Shown here one piece after another: positions 29,019-42,492 of a stretch of 64,000 nt of DNA (position 1 is the first letter of the stretch; every line of letters starts with the position of its first letter). Source of the DNA: the human T2T-CHM13v2.0 reference genome, Homo sapiens; NCBI RefSeq assembly GCF_009914755.1, contig NC_060934.1, one strand, 5' to 3'. The notes beneath the pieces were generated by a model. It saw only the letters and a program-made list of their open reading frames with translations, did not search any database and had not been told where the DNA came from. The position numbers and the translations under genes were made by a program.

Positions 29019-29669
29019 TGTCATCCACTGCAAATTTTAACCACCCCAACAGAGGTAGCCAACTGAGAGCTGGAGAGAACAGTCTTCAAAATTGTCCTCA
29101 CTTCTCACACCAAGTGCAAGTTTGAGGAGATTCCCAAAACCACCCTCAGGTTTGAGAATTCTCTAGAAGAACTCATAGAACTCACTGAAAACTGTTACAT
29201 TCATGGTTATCATTTACTACAGTTAAAGGATACAAAGTAAAATCAGCCAAGGAAAGAGGATCCTGAGCAGAGTGAAGGAAAAGTCCCTTCAAGTGTGGAA
29301 TTTCTGTTGTCCTCGCCCTGTGGACTTGTGGACATGCACACTGTGTGATGAAGATATACACAAAGTATTGCCAGTTAGGGATGCTGACCCATGTCTCAGT
29401 GTCCAGAGTTCTTACTGGGACTCCATCGTGTAGGCATGAGTGGTTGTCCATGTAGCTGTGATCTCAGTCTCTAGCTCCCTGGAGGTCGACTGATAACATG
29501 TGGCTCAAAGCTCCCAGCCTACATCACATTGTACTCTCTGGCTTAGCCTGAGGCTCCCAGGTAAACAAAGACACTTGCAGCAGGCATGGCATTCCAAGGG
29601 CTTAGAGATGACCTCCTGGAAGCTGAGGCCAGGCCTATTTTGGGGCATCATTAAACTCTACACTACACA
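29019..29669 (-). mobile_element. MER21-family LTR
   Basis: 'ccaaaaccaccctcaggtttgagaattctctagaagaactcatagaactcactgaaa'; end 'attccaagggcttagaga...ctacaca'. Confidence 0.85.
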
Positions 29670-30429
29670 ACCCTTTAAAATTCCTCACTGGTCCTCCACT
29701 ATCTTCACATCAAAGGCAAATCTTTGCAGACCTCTCTATGATCTGGCCATCTCTTTGGTCATGTGCCTCCTTCCCTCAGCCCACACGTGTCCCTCTCTTT
29801 CCATCATGGGCAGTTGTATGTTCAAGCTGTCTCTTGTTTCCAAGCCCTTGCACAGTCTATTTCCTTTGCCTGGAAACCTGGCTAATCCCAGCTCAGGCTT
29901 TGACACACTAAGGGTCTGCATGCTAAGCCTGGGATTCTTAGACCCATAAGACTCTCTTCTTCCCAGTAGGCCATTTCTCAGGCAGCAGCTCTCATGAGGT
30001 GATTTTTAAAAAAATATTGTTTATTTGGGGAAAATAATACCAGAAAGCAAAACAGTGCTGGTGATGGAAGCAAAACATCTAAGAAAGGATGGTTCTTGGC
30101 TAGAAGGTGGAAGTGTGGGATAGATTAAAGAGGAAAATGTTGGACATGGCAGAGCTCCATTTCTACACCTGTTATGACTTTACTCTTTTTCTGGAAAAGC
30201 AATTCATGAGTTGATTCAACAAGAAGTCCTACCACTGCAAAAATTATAGATTGAGTTAAAGAACAAACTTTAGTGGTATTTAAAATAACAGTTAACTTAT
30301 GGTATGTCAATATGCAGAGAAAACATGTGATGGTCGATGGACTTCAATAATCTGTTTACTTAACAAAGTCTTCTTAAAACCCCTTGTTTTAGGTATTTCC
30401 CCAAGCTCTTTATAAATCACTTTCCAAAT

Positions 30430-30590
30430 TACTTATTACTCCTCTGAGCAATTCTATAAGGTTAGTTCTCTAAATGTCCTCCATTTCATATGAGGAAACT
30501 GACTCACAGAGAATTTAAGTAACTTGCCCAGGGTCACACCGCCTGTAAGTAGGAAACCCAGATGGACATATGCGTTCTGATTCTACAGTA
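30430..30590 (-). mobile_element. MIR
   Basis: Core 'atgaggaaactga...aagtaacttgcccagggtcacac'. Confidence 0.8.
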
Positions 30591-31574
30591 ATGTTAAAAC
30601 CCTAGATACGAACGCCAAGACACCAGGAAGTGAGATTCATTTGTTCACAGCTATATTCCCTGTTATTAACATAGTTTTTGATCACTAATAGATAATCAAA
30701 GGTTTGTTAAGAAGATTAAACATTTTTAAATGTCCATTTATTAATTAATCACACTGATGGTCTAATATGTGGAACATTTAATAGACATTTGAAGATATTA
30801 AATTATTTGCCCAGGTAAAAGGATTCCATAATTTTGAAAATGTCTTGTGGATGTGAGGGAAAGTAAATGAGTTAGACTCAGGGAAGGGATTCATGCAAAG
30901 GAAAAGTCTGAGAGCCCACTCCTTCTAGCAAGTAAGTGCTGGCAGATGGCTTTCCAGCGTGAATATAGCTAGGATACAATTAAATAAATTGCTTGTTGAA
31001 TTCTTGAGTATACAGTCAGGTTGTTAATCAAGGCCCATAAAGCTTAGGTCAAGAGAATCACAGAATTTCAAAGATGCAACTGACCTTAGAGGTCATCACA
31101 TTTAATTTTCTCATTTTGCCTGCAATTTTCACAAAAAGAAACCAAGACCTAGCGTATCCAAGTGGCTGGCTCATGACGCTCCCTTTACGTAGAAATTGCC
31201 TCCCTCCCCTCCCCAGGGCATCCTGGTCTAATACATCCTACAAGGCTCTTCTCAACTCTCGTCTACCACATGTGGTCTTTCCTGTACCCACAAAACCATG
31301 AGAAGCCATCTTATCTCCTTCTATCTCCCATAACACACAGTTTGTAGTGCTCTTTAATTAGTTATTTTCAACAGCTGAGTATGTGTTTAATTTCCCCAGA
31401 TAGGTGTAAGGCTAAACAATTATTTGTGGAGTGAATGACTGCACACTCCATGCTGTCTGGCACTGCAGCGCACACCTGGTTTCATACTCAATGACATGCC
31501 AGCTCAGGCACTTGCCCAGGGATGGGGCCCAGAGAATGCTTTGTGTGCGAACTTTCACTTATCTGGGAAGTAGG

Positions 31575-31830
31575 TCACTGTGGCTAACATCCCAAGCTCT
31601 AGAACAGACTGCCTGGATTCACTCCTTTTTTCCATCATTAACTAGCTGAGTTATTTTTAGGCATTTGCTGCATTTCACTGTCCTCTTGGTCTGTAAATGG
31701 GGATAATAACAGTCCCTACCTCATAGGGCTTTCATGAGGATTAAGTGGATGATGTTATTATGTAAAGCACTTAGAACAGTATTTAGCACAATGCAAGTGT
31801 TCAATAGATGCTAGCAAATATAATTATTAA
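31575..31830 (+). mobile_element. MIR, near full length
   Basis: 'ctgtaaatggggataataacagtccctacctcataggg...gaggattaa...tgtaaagcacttagaacagt'. Confidence 0.85.
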
Positions 31831-33264
31831 TTTCTTGTTGTGTCTAGAATAAAGCCTGGCATATAGTACGTGTATAATACATGGTACCTGCTATTCATTC
31901 CCTTGGCATCTGGAATCTGTCACTAACCTTCAGAAAAGAAAATTTCAAATTATCAGAAGGACAAAGAATTCAGAATAGACTAATGAAACTGTACCTCAGA
32001 CAGTAGTCAAATAACCAGGCAAGGGGTAGAAAGGCCCATCTGCGCAGGAAGAAATGTGTATAACTACTACAGACTTTAAAATTCCATAAAGTTGCATGAG
32101 CAATTAAAACACATTAGGGACCAATTCCATATTTGCTCCCAGAATGAAATAGCATAATTGTGTCGCTACACTAATATCATCATTTCCATTTAGCTGAAAG
32201 AGTTCTCAGGTCATAAACACAATGGTTTTTCATTCTACCATGGCCAACTGCTATGAGCATAACGGAGTCCTAATGACCCAGCCAGCTTAATCAAAGCAAG
32301 GAATTTTCTTTCCAGAAGCTTCTGTCATGTGAATTGTATGATCTTAACTTAAAATTATGGCACTGCCCAAACACAAAGCAATATTCATTCACCTTTATGA
32401 AGCTCTTGGCTCTGAAGATTTAAAACACTCTGAGCCAAGTACTTAGAATTCAGGGAAACAAGAGTTTCATCAGAGTTACATCATGGGGTGATAATACTTA
32501 CGAAGAACTGATCATCTTTCCTGCCCTGTAACCACATTTCACAGATGACGAAGAAGGATTTCACCTTCTCCCTTTGACATCAGCATCTTTTCTCACATTA
32601 TAAATATTAGTCTCAGGCTCTTGTGGGCCCTGGTAAAATGACAAGATGCCCAAATTTGTCATGTTTCTTCCTCATTTTTATATTTCCCAAATTTTGGCAA
32701 ATGTCTAACCAACAGCCTTGCCAACAGCCACGGGGTCAGTGAGACCTAAGAGATGGCCACATCCTCTACTTCTTCCTTACATCAGGCTCTGATATAACAG
32801 CTAAATATGTGACTTTGGGAAGGTCTTGAAGTCCAAGTTTACAATTCTGCTTGGCATGTGAGCAGCACTTGCTGTTGAAAGACAGAAAGAGAAGTGCTTG
32901 TCAGAAATAACTTCTTTAACAGGACATTTCTTGAAAAGAAATAAGACCATTTAATCCCATTGTTAAGCTATACTATAAGGGTCACTGCCTTCTTCTCAGG
33001 TAGGAAAATTTCATTACAAGAGACATTCTTGATGTATGTCGGTCTGAATTTTATTTGAAGATAATTCTGCACTTGTAGAAAATCTCTTTCTTCTTCCTTG
33101 AAGAAAAAGCAGCCCTGCTGTACTCTGCCACTCTTGCTAAACAGGAGGGATGTCACGAATTGCTTTGGAGTTTGACAGGAACCTGAACTTCCTGTGAATA
33201 AGATCATTATTAGAAGAATACAACTGAATAGGAAATGAATTCAAACAGGCTAAGGATGCATCAG

Positions 33265-33425
33265 CCTCAACTGGTTGAGTAAATTATGGCAGTCATACAA
33301 TGGGACATTACCAAGCTATTTAAAAGAATGAGGCAGTTCATGAACTGATATAGAATGTTCACCAAAACAATATATTACTAAGTGCGAATAGACAGGCTAT
33401 AAATTGTGGGTACAATAAGCCATTA

Positions 33426-33471
<46 letters not shown>

Positions 33472-33660
33472 TGTATGTGCATGCATTTAAAAAGGAAATA
33501 TATATGCCTATGCTTATATATGCATAGAATTTCAATGGAAGAATACATTAGAAATTGCTAACAGTGGTTATCTATGGAGGTAGGTAACCAAGAATCTAGT
33601 GCACTGTAGTAAAAGGGAGACTTACTTGTTAACTATATACTTCATGTATTTTTGCTGAGC
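33265..33660 (+). mobile_element. L1ME4-like 3' fragment
   Basis: 'aaattatgg...taaaagaatgaggcag', 'gaatacat...taacagtggttatctatgg'. Confidence 0.6.
33428..33470. repeat. (TG)21 microsatellite
   Basis: Perfect TG run. Confidence 0.98.
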
Positions 33661-34179
33661 TATTGTATTCTATTCAGAAAGCAAGAGTATGAGTTATATT
33701 TTTTAAAATAAAGATGATTCTACAAATGATGTTAGAACAGCTGCCATCTGTATGCCAAAATAAATAAATCTTGACCTATATAAATGTTAACCCAAAATTA
33801 ATCAGAGGTTTAAATGTAAAAATACAAAACTATAAAACCATTAGATTTAAAACCTAGGAGGAAAATCATCAAGACCTGAGGTTAGGTAAAGACTTTCTTG
33901 AAATGACACCAAAATCATGATTCACTAAAAAACATCGATAAATTGGACTTTATTAAAATTAAAGACTTGTGGTCATCCAAAGGTATTGCCAAAAAAATAG
34001 AGACAAGCTATAAACTGGAAGAAAACATTTACAAATCACATATTCAACAAAGGATTTGCATCTGGAATATATACAAAACTCTCAAACCTCAACAATAAGA
34101 AATCAAACAACTCTTGTCTGGGTAGGAAGAAAAAAATAATCAGAAAAAAAGAAGAAATCAAACAACTCAATTAAAAAAA

Positions 34180-34304
34180 ATAGTTTTAGAGACAGGGTGT
34201 CACTATGTTGCCCAGTCTTGTCTTGAACTCCTGGCCTCAAATGATCCTTCCACCTCAGCTTTCCAAAGTACTGGAACTAAAGGCATGAGCCATCACACTT
34301 GGCC
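34180..34304 (-). mobile_element. FLAM_C / free left Alu monomer
   Basis: 'gagacagggtgtcactatgttgcccag...gaactcctggcctcaaatgatcc...ggcc'; 'ctcaatt' on both flanks. Confidence 0.85.
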
Positions 34305-34643
34305 CTCAATTTTTTCAAAAACAGGAAAAGGACTTGAATAGGTACTTCACCACATACTAAATAAGGATGGTAACTTAGAGAAATACAAATTAAATCATGA
34401 TAAAATACTGCTATAAACCTCTCAGAATAACCAAAATTTTTAAAAATACTGACAACATCAAATACTGGAAAGGATGCAGAGCAACTGGATCTTTCCTGCA
34501 TGGATGATAAGAACACAAAATGGTATAGCCACTCTGGAAAACAGTTTGGCAGTTTCCTATAATGGTAAACATTGACTTACCATATGACCCAGCAATCCCA
34601 TTTCCAGGTGTTTGCCCTAGGAAAAAAAGAAAACACACAGTTA

Positions 34644-34950
<307 letters not shown>

Positions 34951-35154
34951 AAAAATCTGTACAAAAATATTTATAGTAGCTTTATGTGTGACATCCAAAA
35001 GCTAGAAACAATCTAAGTGTTTTGCAGTAGGCAAATAGATAAACAAAGTGTGATACAACCATACAATGGCCTATCACTCAGCAGATTTTTTTTTTTAAAG
35101 CAAATTATTGATAAATGGAACAACACTGATGAATTGCAAAGACAGTATGCTGAG

Positions 35155-35509
35155 TGATATGGTTTGGCTGTGCCCCCACCCAAATCTCAACTTGAATCGT
35201 AGCTCCCAGAATTCCCACGTGTTGTGAAAGGGACCCAGGGGGAGGTAGTTGAATCATGGGGCGCTGGTCTTTCCTGTGCTATTCTTGTGATAGTGAATAA
35301 GTCTCATGAGAGCTGATGGGTTTATCAGGGCTTTCCACTTTTGCTTCTTCCTGATTCTCTCTTGCTGCCACCATGTAAGAAGTGCCTTTCACCCTCTGCC
35401 ATGATTGTGAGACCTCCCCTGCCATATGGAACTGTAAGTCAAATTAAAGCTCCTTTTCTTTCCAGTCTCAGGTAAGTCTTTATCAGCAGCATGAAAATGG
35501 ACTAATACA
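35155..35509 (+). mobile_element. THE1A-like solo LTR
   Basis: TGATATGGTTTGGCTG...GGACTAATACA; 'tttatcaggg.tttcc.cttttgcttcttcct'; perfect TSD ctgag. Confidence 0.95.
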
Positions 35510-35869
35510 CTGAGTGAGAGAAGCAAGCCTCAAAAGCTCACATGTTGTATGTGACCATTTATTTGAAATTCTCAAAAAGACAAAACCAGAGTTATGGAAA
35601 ATAGGTCAGTGGCTGCCAGGAATGATAGGTGAGTGGAAGTTGTCACTACAGAAGGATAGGATGAGGGCATTTTGGAGGGTAAGGAATCTGTTCTGTATCT
35701 TGATTGTACTGTTTAAATGAAGATACACATGTGTTTAAACTCAGAGAACTATACAGCAAAAGAAAAATAGTAAGTTTACTGTATGATAATATTTTTAAAT
35801 TAAGTTGAAAAAGAGGAGGGTGACTTTCAACTTCCAAAAACAGTAGAGTAGATTGGTGGAATCAAGCTA

Positions 35870-37500
35870 CTATTATAATGTTCCACATTATATATGAAGT
35901 AACAAAAAATTGTCTAAGTTGATAGTGATAAGTTAAAGACACAAAATGCAAAATGTCGTCCCTGGAGAAACTACTACAAAAAATTAAAATAGACATAGCA
36001 AAAAGGCTTAAAAGGAACCAAAAATAATATCGTATTGACCCAAGAGAAGGTAGAAATGGAGAAACAGAGAAACAAAAAGCAAATGAAACAAACAGAAGAC
36101 AAATAGCAGAATTGCATACCTAAATCCAACCTTACCACTAATTATATTAAATGTAAATGGACTAAAAGTTCTAATTTAAAAAACAGAGGTTTCTCAGACT
36201 GGATAAAAAACTAAGACTCAAGTACAGGCTGTCTACACAGGACACACTTTAATACAAAGACATAAATATGTTGAGTGTGAAAAGATAAAAATAAGGTATA
36301 CCCTACAAACACTAATTACAACAAAGATGGACTGGTTATACTAATATCCAATGAAATAGATTTTAAGATGAAAAGCATTACCAAAGATAAAAAGGAGCAT
36401 TTTATAATGACAAAAGTCAACATATCAGGGAGGAATAATATGTTTACAATTGTGTGCCTAATAATAGAGATAGAGCTTCAAAATACATGAAGCAAAAACT
36501 GATTGAAGAAAAGAGAGAAATAGAGTCACAATCAGAGTTTTGGACACTTTAATTCTCATCTTTAAGTAATTGATAGAACGATTAGAAAAAACCTAGCAAT
36601 AATATAGAAGATCTGAATGACAACACAAAATCCCCTGGCCTAAGTGACATTTACAGAACACCACAGCTAATAGCTATGAAACACATATTCTTTGCAAATA
36701 TACAGGGAATATTCATGAAAATAGACCATATGGTGGGCCATAAAGCAAGTCTCAATTAATATTAAAAAGTAGAAATCTTACAGAGTATGTACTATGGCCA
36801 AAATAAAAGTAAATTAGAAATTTACAAGTCTCAAGTACTGGAAATTAAATAATGAACTTCTAAATAACCTGTCATTCAAAGAATAAACCACAAGACTTAA
36901 ATCATTTCAGATTTTATCTTACAAATCTAGAAAAAGAAGAAAAGAGTAAATCCAAAGTAAGTAAAAAAATTAAAAAAGAACTGAAAAAAGAAGATAACAC
37001 AGACAATGAAGAAAATAAAGTCAAAAATTGGTTCTTTGTAATATAAAGAAAAAGGTACTAAGCACTAGTAAGACCATTGAAAGAAAAAAAGAGAGATCAA
37101 TCTCTAGAAACAGGAGCAAAGGAGGTGATATCACTGTAATTCTTACATACACCAAAAGAACAATAAAAAATTATAAATAAATTATGTCAATAAATGGAAC
37201 AACTTGGAAAAAATGAACAGATTTGACAAACACAACTTATTAAAATTAGAATGAGATGAAATATAAAATTAAATTTGTTATTAAAAAAAAAAAGTAAATG
37301 CCACCCCAGATATCTTCACTGGTGAATTCTAGCAAATGTTAAGGCCAAAATAATGCCAATCTTACGCAGACTCTCTGAAAATAGAGAAATAAGGACAACT
37401 TTTCAATTCATTTAATAAGACAAGCATAACTTTGATTTAAAAATCTAACATATAAGAAAAAATATTATAGACTAATATCCCTCACATATATGCATTCCTA
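35870..37500 (+). mobile_element. Old L1M ORF2 5' half (EN region)
   Basis: 'attatattaaatgtaaatggactaaa', 'aatagaccatat..tgggccataaagcaagtctcaa', 'cttcactggtgaattcta'. Confidence 0.75.
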
Positions 37501-37504
37501 AAAC

Positions 37505-37800
37505 ATTAGCAAAGTATATATATCATTATATATTGCTATATATAACAAGTAACATAATAACTATATTTGTAATGTATGACTTTATATTATATATACTATG
37601 TATACATATTTTATATATCTAACATCTAATATATTATTATGTTATCTATATATTACATATGCTATATATAATGTTAGTATAGCATATATTTAGCTATGTA
37701 ATTATGTTATATTATATAGCTAAAACATAACTATATATTACAGTCAAACATATTACATATATTACATTATGTATTTATGTAATAAAATATTACATATAAT
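37505..37800. repeat. AT-rich low-complexity tract (TATATTA(C)-like)
   Basis: ~300 bp dominated by A/T with recurring 'atattacatat'. Confidence 0.85.
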
Positions 37801-38280
37801 GCAATACTATTTGGCAATAAAAAAGAACCAACTACTGAATCAAACAATGTGGATGAATCTAACATACATTATGCTGAGAGAAAGAAGCCAGATACAAAAG
37901 TTACATCAGTCCATTTTAATTAAATTCTAGAACAGGCAAAAGTAATCTAAGGTGAGAAATAAATCAGAAAAACAATTGCTTGCAGGGGTGGGGGTAGGGA
38001 TTCACTGGGAAGGGGCCTAAGGGAATCTTCTGGGGGAGATGGACATACTCTACATCATGATAGGGACATATTATTGGTTTATCCCTTTGTCAAAATTACA
38101 GCTAAGATTTGTATGGTCCACTGTTTGTAAATATTACCTCAAAAAACAGTAAAAAGTAATTGAGTGTTTGGAGAGTGAGTGAAGATATCAATTTTTAAAT
38201 TATGACTGAATGTTCCTAATTGTTGAAACTGCGTGATGAGTACAAGAAGGTTCAATATAACATTGTATTTATTCTGTATA

Positions 38281-38853
38281 TGTCTTAATCCATTCTGGCA
38301 GCTGTAACAAAAATACCATAAACTGAGTGGCTTATGAAGAACAAATATTTATTTCTCACAATTCTGGAGGCTTGGGAAGTCCAAGATCAAGGTGACAGGA
38401 CATTCAGTGTCTGGTAAAGGCACAACTCTCAGCACTAATCATTTCCCAAAGGTCCCAGTTCTTCATATCATCACCTTGGAGGTTAGAATTTCTATTTTAT
38501 TATTATTATTATTATTATTATGAGACAGGGTCTCACTGCGTTACTCAGGCTGCAGGGCAGTGGCGCAATCATGGCTCACTGTAACCTTGACCTCCCAGGC
38601 TCAATCGATTCTCCTGTCTCAGGCCTCCTGGGTAGCTGAGACTACAGGCACGCATCACCATGCCCAGCTTACTTTTTGTAGAGACTGAGTATTGCCATGT
38701 TGCCCAGGCTGGTCTTGAACTCCTGGACTCAAGCGATCCACCCACCTCAACCTCCCAAAGTGCTAAGATTACAGACGTGAACCACCATGCCTGGCCAGTG
38801 TTAGGATTTCAACACATGAATTTCAGGGGAACACGAACATTCTTATCATAGCA
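38281..38853 (-). mobile_element. MLT1A0-like LTR (internally deleted) containing an AluJ
   Basis: 'tgtcttaatccatt...aaataccataaactgagtggctta'; ends 'aacattcttatcatagca'; perfect TSD gtata. Confidence 0.88.
38493..38796 (-). mobile_element. AluJ with (TAT)n tail
   Basis: 'gagacagggtctcact', 'caatcatggctcactg', 'gactcaagcgatcc'; TSD gttagaatttc / gttaggatttc. Confidence 0.92.
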
Positions 38854-39772
38854 GTATATGTTTGAAATTTGGCATGATAAAAGCTAAAATAAAGGTTTAT
38901 GTCAGGATGTATGGTTATTAATGGATGATTTTTAAACTTTACACACACAAAATATGGCACCCCTGGCTCTGATGGTAGAAGCATGGGGAATGAATTTGCG
39001 GTAAGCAGTGGCACTCACTTGCTCCCTTACTTGTTCCCTATGTCTCCTTAGATCTTCCAACTCTCTAGGCACACCAGACACTTGTCAACGACCACAGAAT
39101 TGTCCATCTCCCCACACTTTCCTCTCCTCCTCCTTCACATGGTTGAATCCTGCCAAAGCTAATTCAATCCCACGTCTTCCTGAGGACTTCTCTAACCACT
39201 CACCATTCTCCACCAGGAGATGTTGCTTGTAACTTTCCATGACACTCACTTGATATTTAAAACATGTTGTCTAGTAAAGCTAAATTTCTTTCATTAAGTT
39301 TAATAGTTCAAAAAACAGACACTAACTTTAAAAACTGTCAGAATCTCAGACCAATATCCTGAAGTATTCCCCCATGTTTTCTTCTAGTAGTTTCATAGCT
39401 TCAAGTCTTACATTTAAGTCTTAATTTATTTGAGTTGATTTTTATATATGGTGAGAGTTGGGGGTCTAGCTTCATTCTTCTGCACATAGATATTCAGATT
39501 TCCCAGCATCGTTATTGAAGACACTGTCTTTTCCCCAGTGTGTGTTCTAGGTAAGACCTCAAGACCACAAAAGCAAAATAGACAAATGGGGCTACATTAA
39601 ACTAAAAACCTTCTGTCCAGCAAAGGAAACAATCAACAGAGTGAAGAGACAACGTGGGCGAAAATATTTGCAAACTATTCATCTAACAAGGATTAATATC
39701 CAGAGTATACAAGAGACTCAAACAACTCAAGAGTAAAAATAATAATACTACAATTTAAAAATGGGCAAATGG

Positions 39773-40440
<668 letters not shown>

Positions 40441-42028
40441 AAAATGAAATAAATACATAAAAATTAAAAAATTTAAATGGGCAAATGATTTGAACTGACA
40501 TTTCTCAAAAGACAACATACAAATGGCCAAATATATGAAAAAATGTTCAACATCACTAGTCATCATGGAAATGCTAATCAAAATCACAAGATATCATCTC
40601 ACCTCAGTTAGAATGGCTATTATCAAAAATACAAAAAATAAAAACACTGGCAAGGATGCAGAGAAAAGGAAACTCTTATACGCTATTAGTAGGAATGAAA
40701 ATTAGGATAGCCATTATGGAGAACAGTATGGAGGCACCTCATAAAACTACAAGTAGAACTACCCTACAATCCAGCAATCCTCCTAGTGGGCATTTATCCA
40801 AAGGAAAACAAAAATCACCATAGAATGGAATACTATTTCGTCATAAAAAAGAATGAAATCTTGTCACTCACAGCAACATGGATGAACTTGGAGGACATTA
40901 TGTTAAGTAAATTAAGCCAGGCACAGAAAGATAAATACTGCATGTTCTCACTCATATGTAGGAACTAAAAAAGTTGATCTCACAAAACTAGACAGTAGAA
41001 TAGGGGTTCTTAGAGGCTGGGAAGAGTAGCGGGTAGGGGGGACAGGGAGATGTTGGTTAAAGGATACAAAATTACAGCTAGACAGGAGGGGTAAGTTCTA
41101 GTGTTCTGTAGCACTGTAGGGTGATTATAGTTAACAACAATTTATTGTATGTTTTTAAATCACTGGAAGAGATGATTTTGAACACACAAAAATGATAAAT
41201 ATGTGAGGCAACGGGAATGTCAATCACCCTGATTTGATCATTATGCATTGTATGTATTGAAATATCACTCTGTGCCCCATAAGCATGCACAATTACTGCG
41301 TGTCAATTAAAACTTAAAAAAAATCAAAAAAATTGTCAGAATCTTCATATTCGGGGTAGAAAATTGCCAATTTGTTTTTGACAAACACATTGGTGAATTC
41401 TCTCCTTAAGCAAAGATAGCTGCCTTTAACCTGTGCTGGAGAGGAAAGATCATAACGCAGGAGGTTTTAACAAGTAACAAGAATCTCCTACCTTCCCCTT
41501 GGTTCACCCTAATGCTATAGTAAAAATTCACACACACCAGCAGGGAGTGGAGGAGCTGGGTCTGTGTCCACCCTCATAGCCCAGGTTGTGGGGGAGAGAA
41601 GAGCAGGAAAAATGGAACCTAGATGGCAGAGTCAATCAAGATGAATCTCTGAATTCTGCTCCTCCTCAGGGTTTCTTTATTTTCTTTTCTGTGATAGATA
41701 AGCTTTGGCTAAAACAGCTTATAAAGTCTCCAGTTATTTTCTGATAATATGAAGTGTTCCACATTGGTACATAAAATATTAATCACTCCCACTTCTAAAG
41801 CTGACGCACGCATCAAACCTTTCTAAACACGCTTAGCGAGCACCCTTAGCTCCCGCATTGTCCTCAGCCTACACTCAGCTTTCGGAAACAAAAAACAAAA
41901 AGTACCAAGAGAAAGAAACGCTTTTATTGTGCTCCCATCAAGCCTCAAAATGTATATAGATGTCTTAGGGAAAATATGAAATACATTCCCATTTTCATGT
42001 TTTAAAACTTTCTGGAACATTATGCATA

Positions 42029-42492
42029 TAGGCAGTCCTCATTTTGCCTATGTCATGGTCTAAATGTGTCCCCCAAAATTCATGTGTTGGAACTTAATCC
42101 CCATTGCAACAGTGTTCAGAGGTGGGGCTTAATGGGAGGTATTTTGGTCATGAGGGCTCTACCCTCATGAATGGATTAATGCTGATTTTAAAAAGGATTG
42201 CCAGAGTGGCTTTGCTCTTTTCCACTCGTCTGCCATGTGAGGATACAACTTTGGTCTCTGCTTGCCCTTCCACCTTCTACCATGTGAGGACATGGCCCCA
42301 ACAGATACCAGATGCTACCACCTTGATCTTGGACTTCTCAGCCTCCAAAATTTTGAGAAATTAATTTCTTTTCATTATAAATTGCCCAGTCTGTGCTATT
42401 CTGTTATAGCAGCACAAAACAGACAAAGACAGCATAGTACTGTGTAACTGAAACTTGTGCATATCAGGACCATGCAAAAGCAAGACTGCCTA
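42029..42492. mobile_element. Small Tc1/mariner (Tigger-like) MITE split by an MST LTR
   Basis: Imperfect 19-bp TIRs taggcagtcctcattttgc / gcaaaagcaagactgccta; ~80 bp once the LTR is removed. Confidence 0.6.
42051..42431 (+). mobile_element. MST (B-D-like) MaLR solo LTR
   Basis: 'aatgtgtcccccaaaattcatgtgttggaacttaatcccca', ends 'gttatagcagcacaaaacagacaaagaca'; TSD gccta/gcata. Confidence 0.9.

Larger units (their letters stand above)
37800..38890 (+). mobile_element. L1ME 3' end, interrupted by MLT1A and AluJ
   Basis: 'tggatgaatct...attatgctgagagaaagaagccagatacaaaag', 'aattgttgaaactgcgtgatgagtaca'. Confidence 0.7.

Noticed and set aside
32545-32632. Plus-strand 88-nt pseudo-exon (cacag|ATG ... 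CTG|gtaaaa)
   Set aside because: Weak donor, early stop and no supporting neighbouring exons
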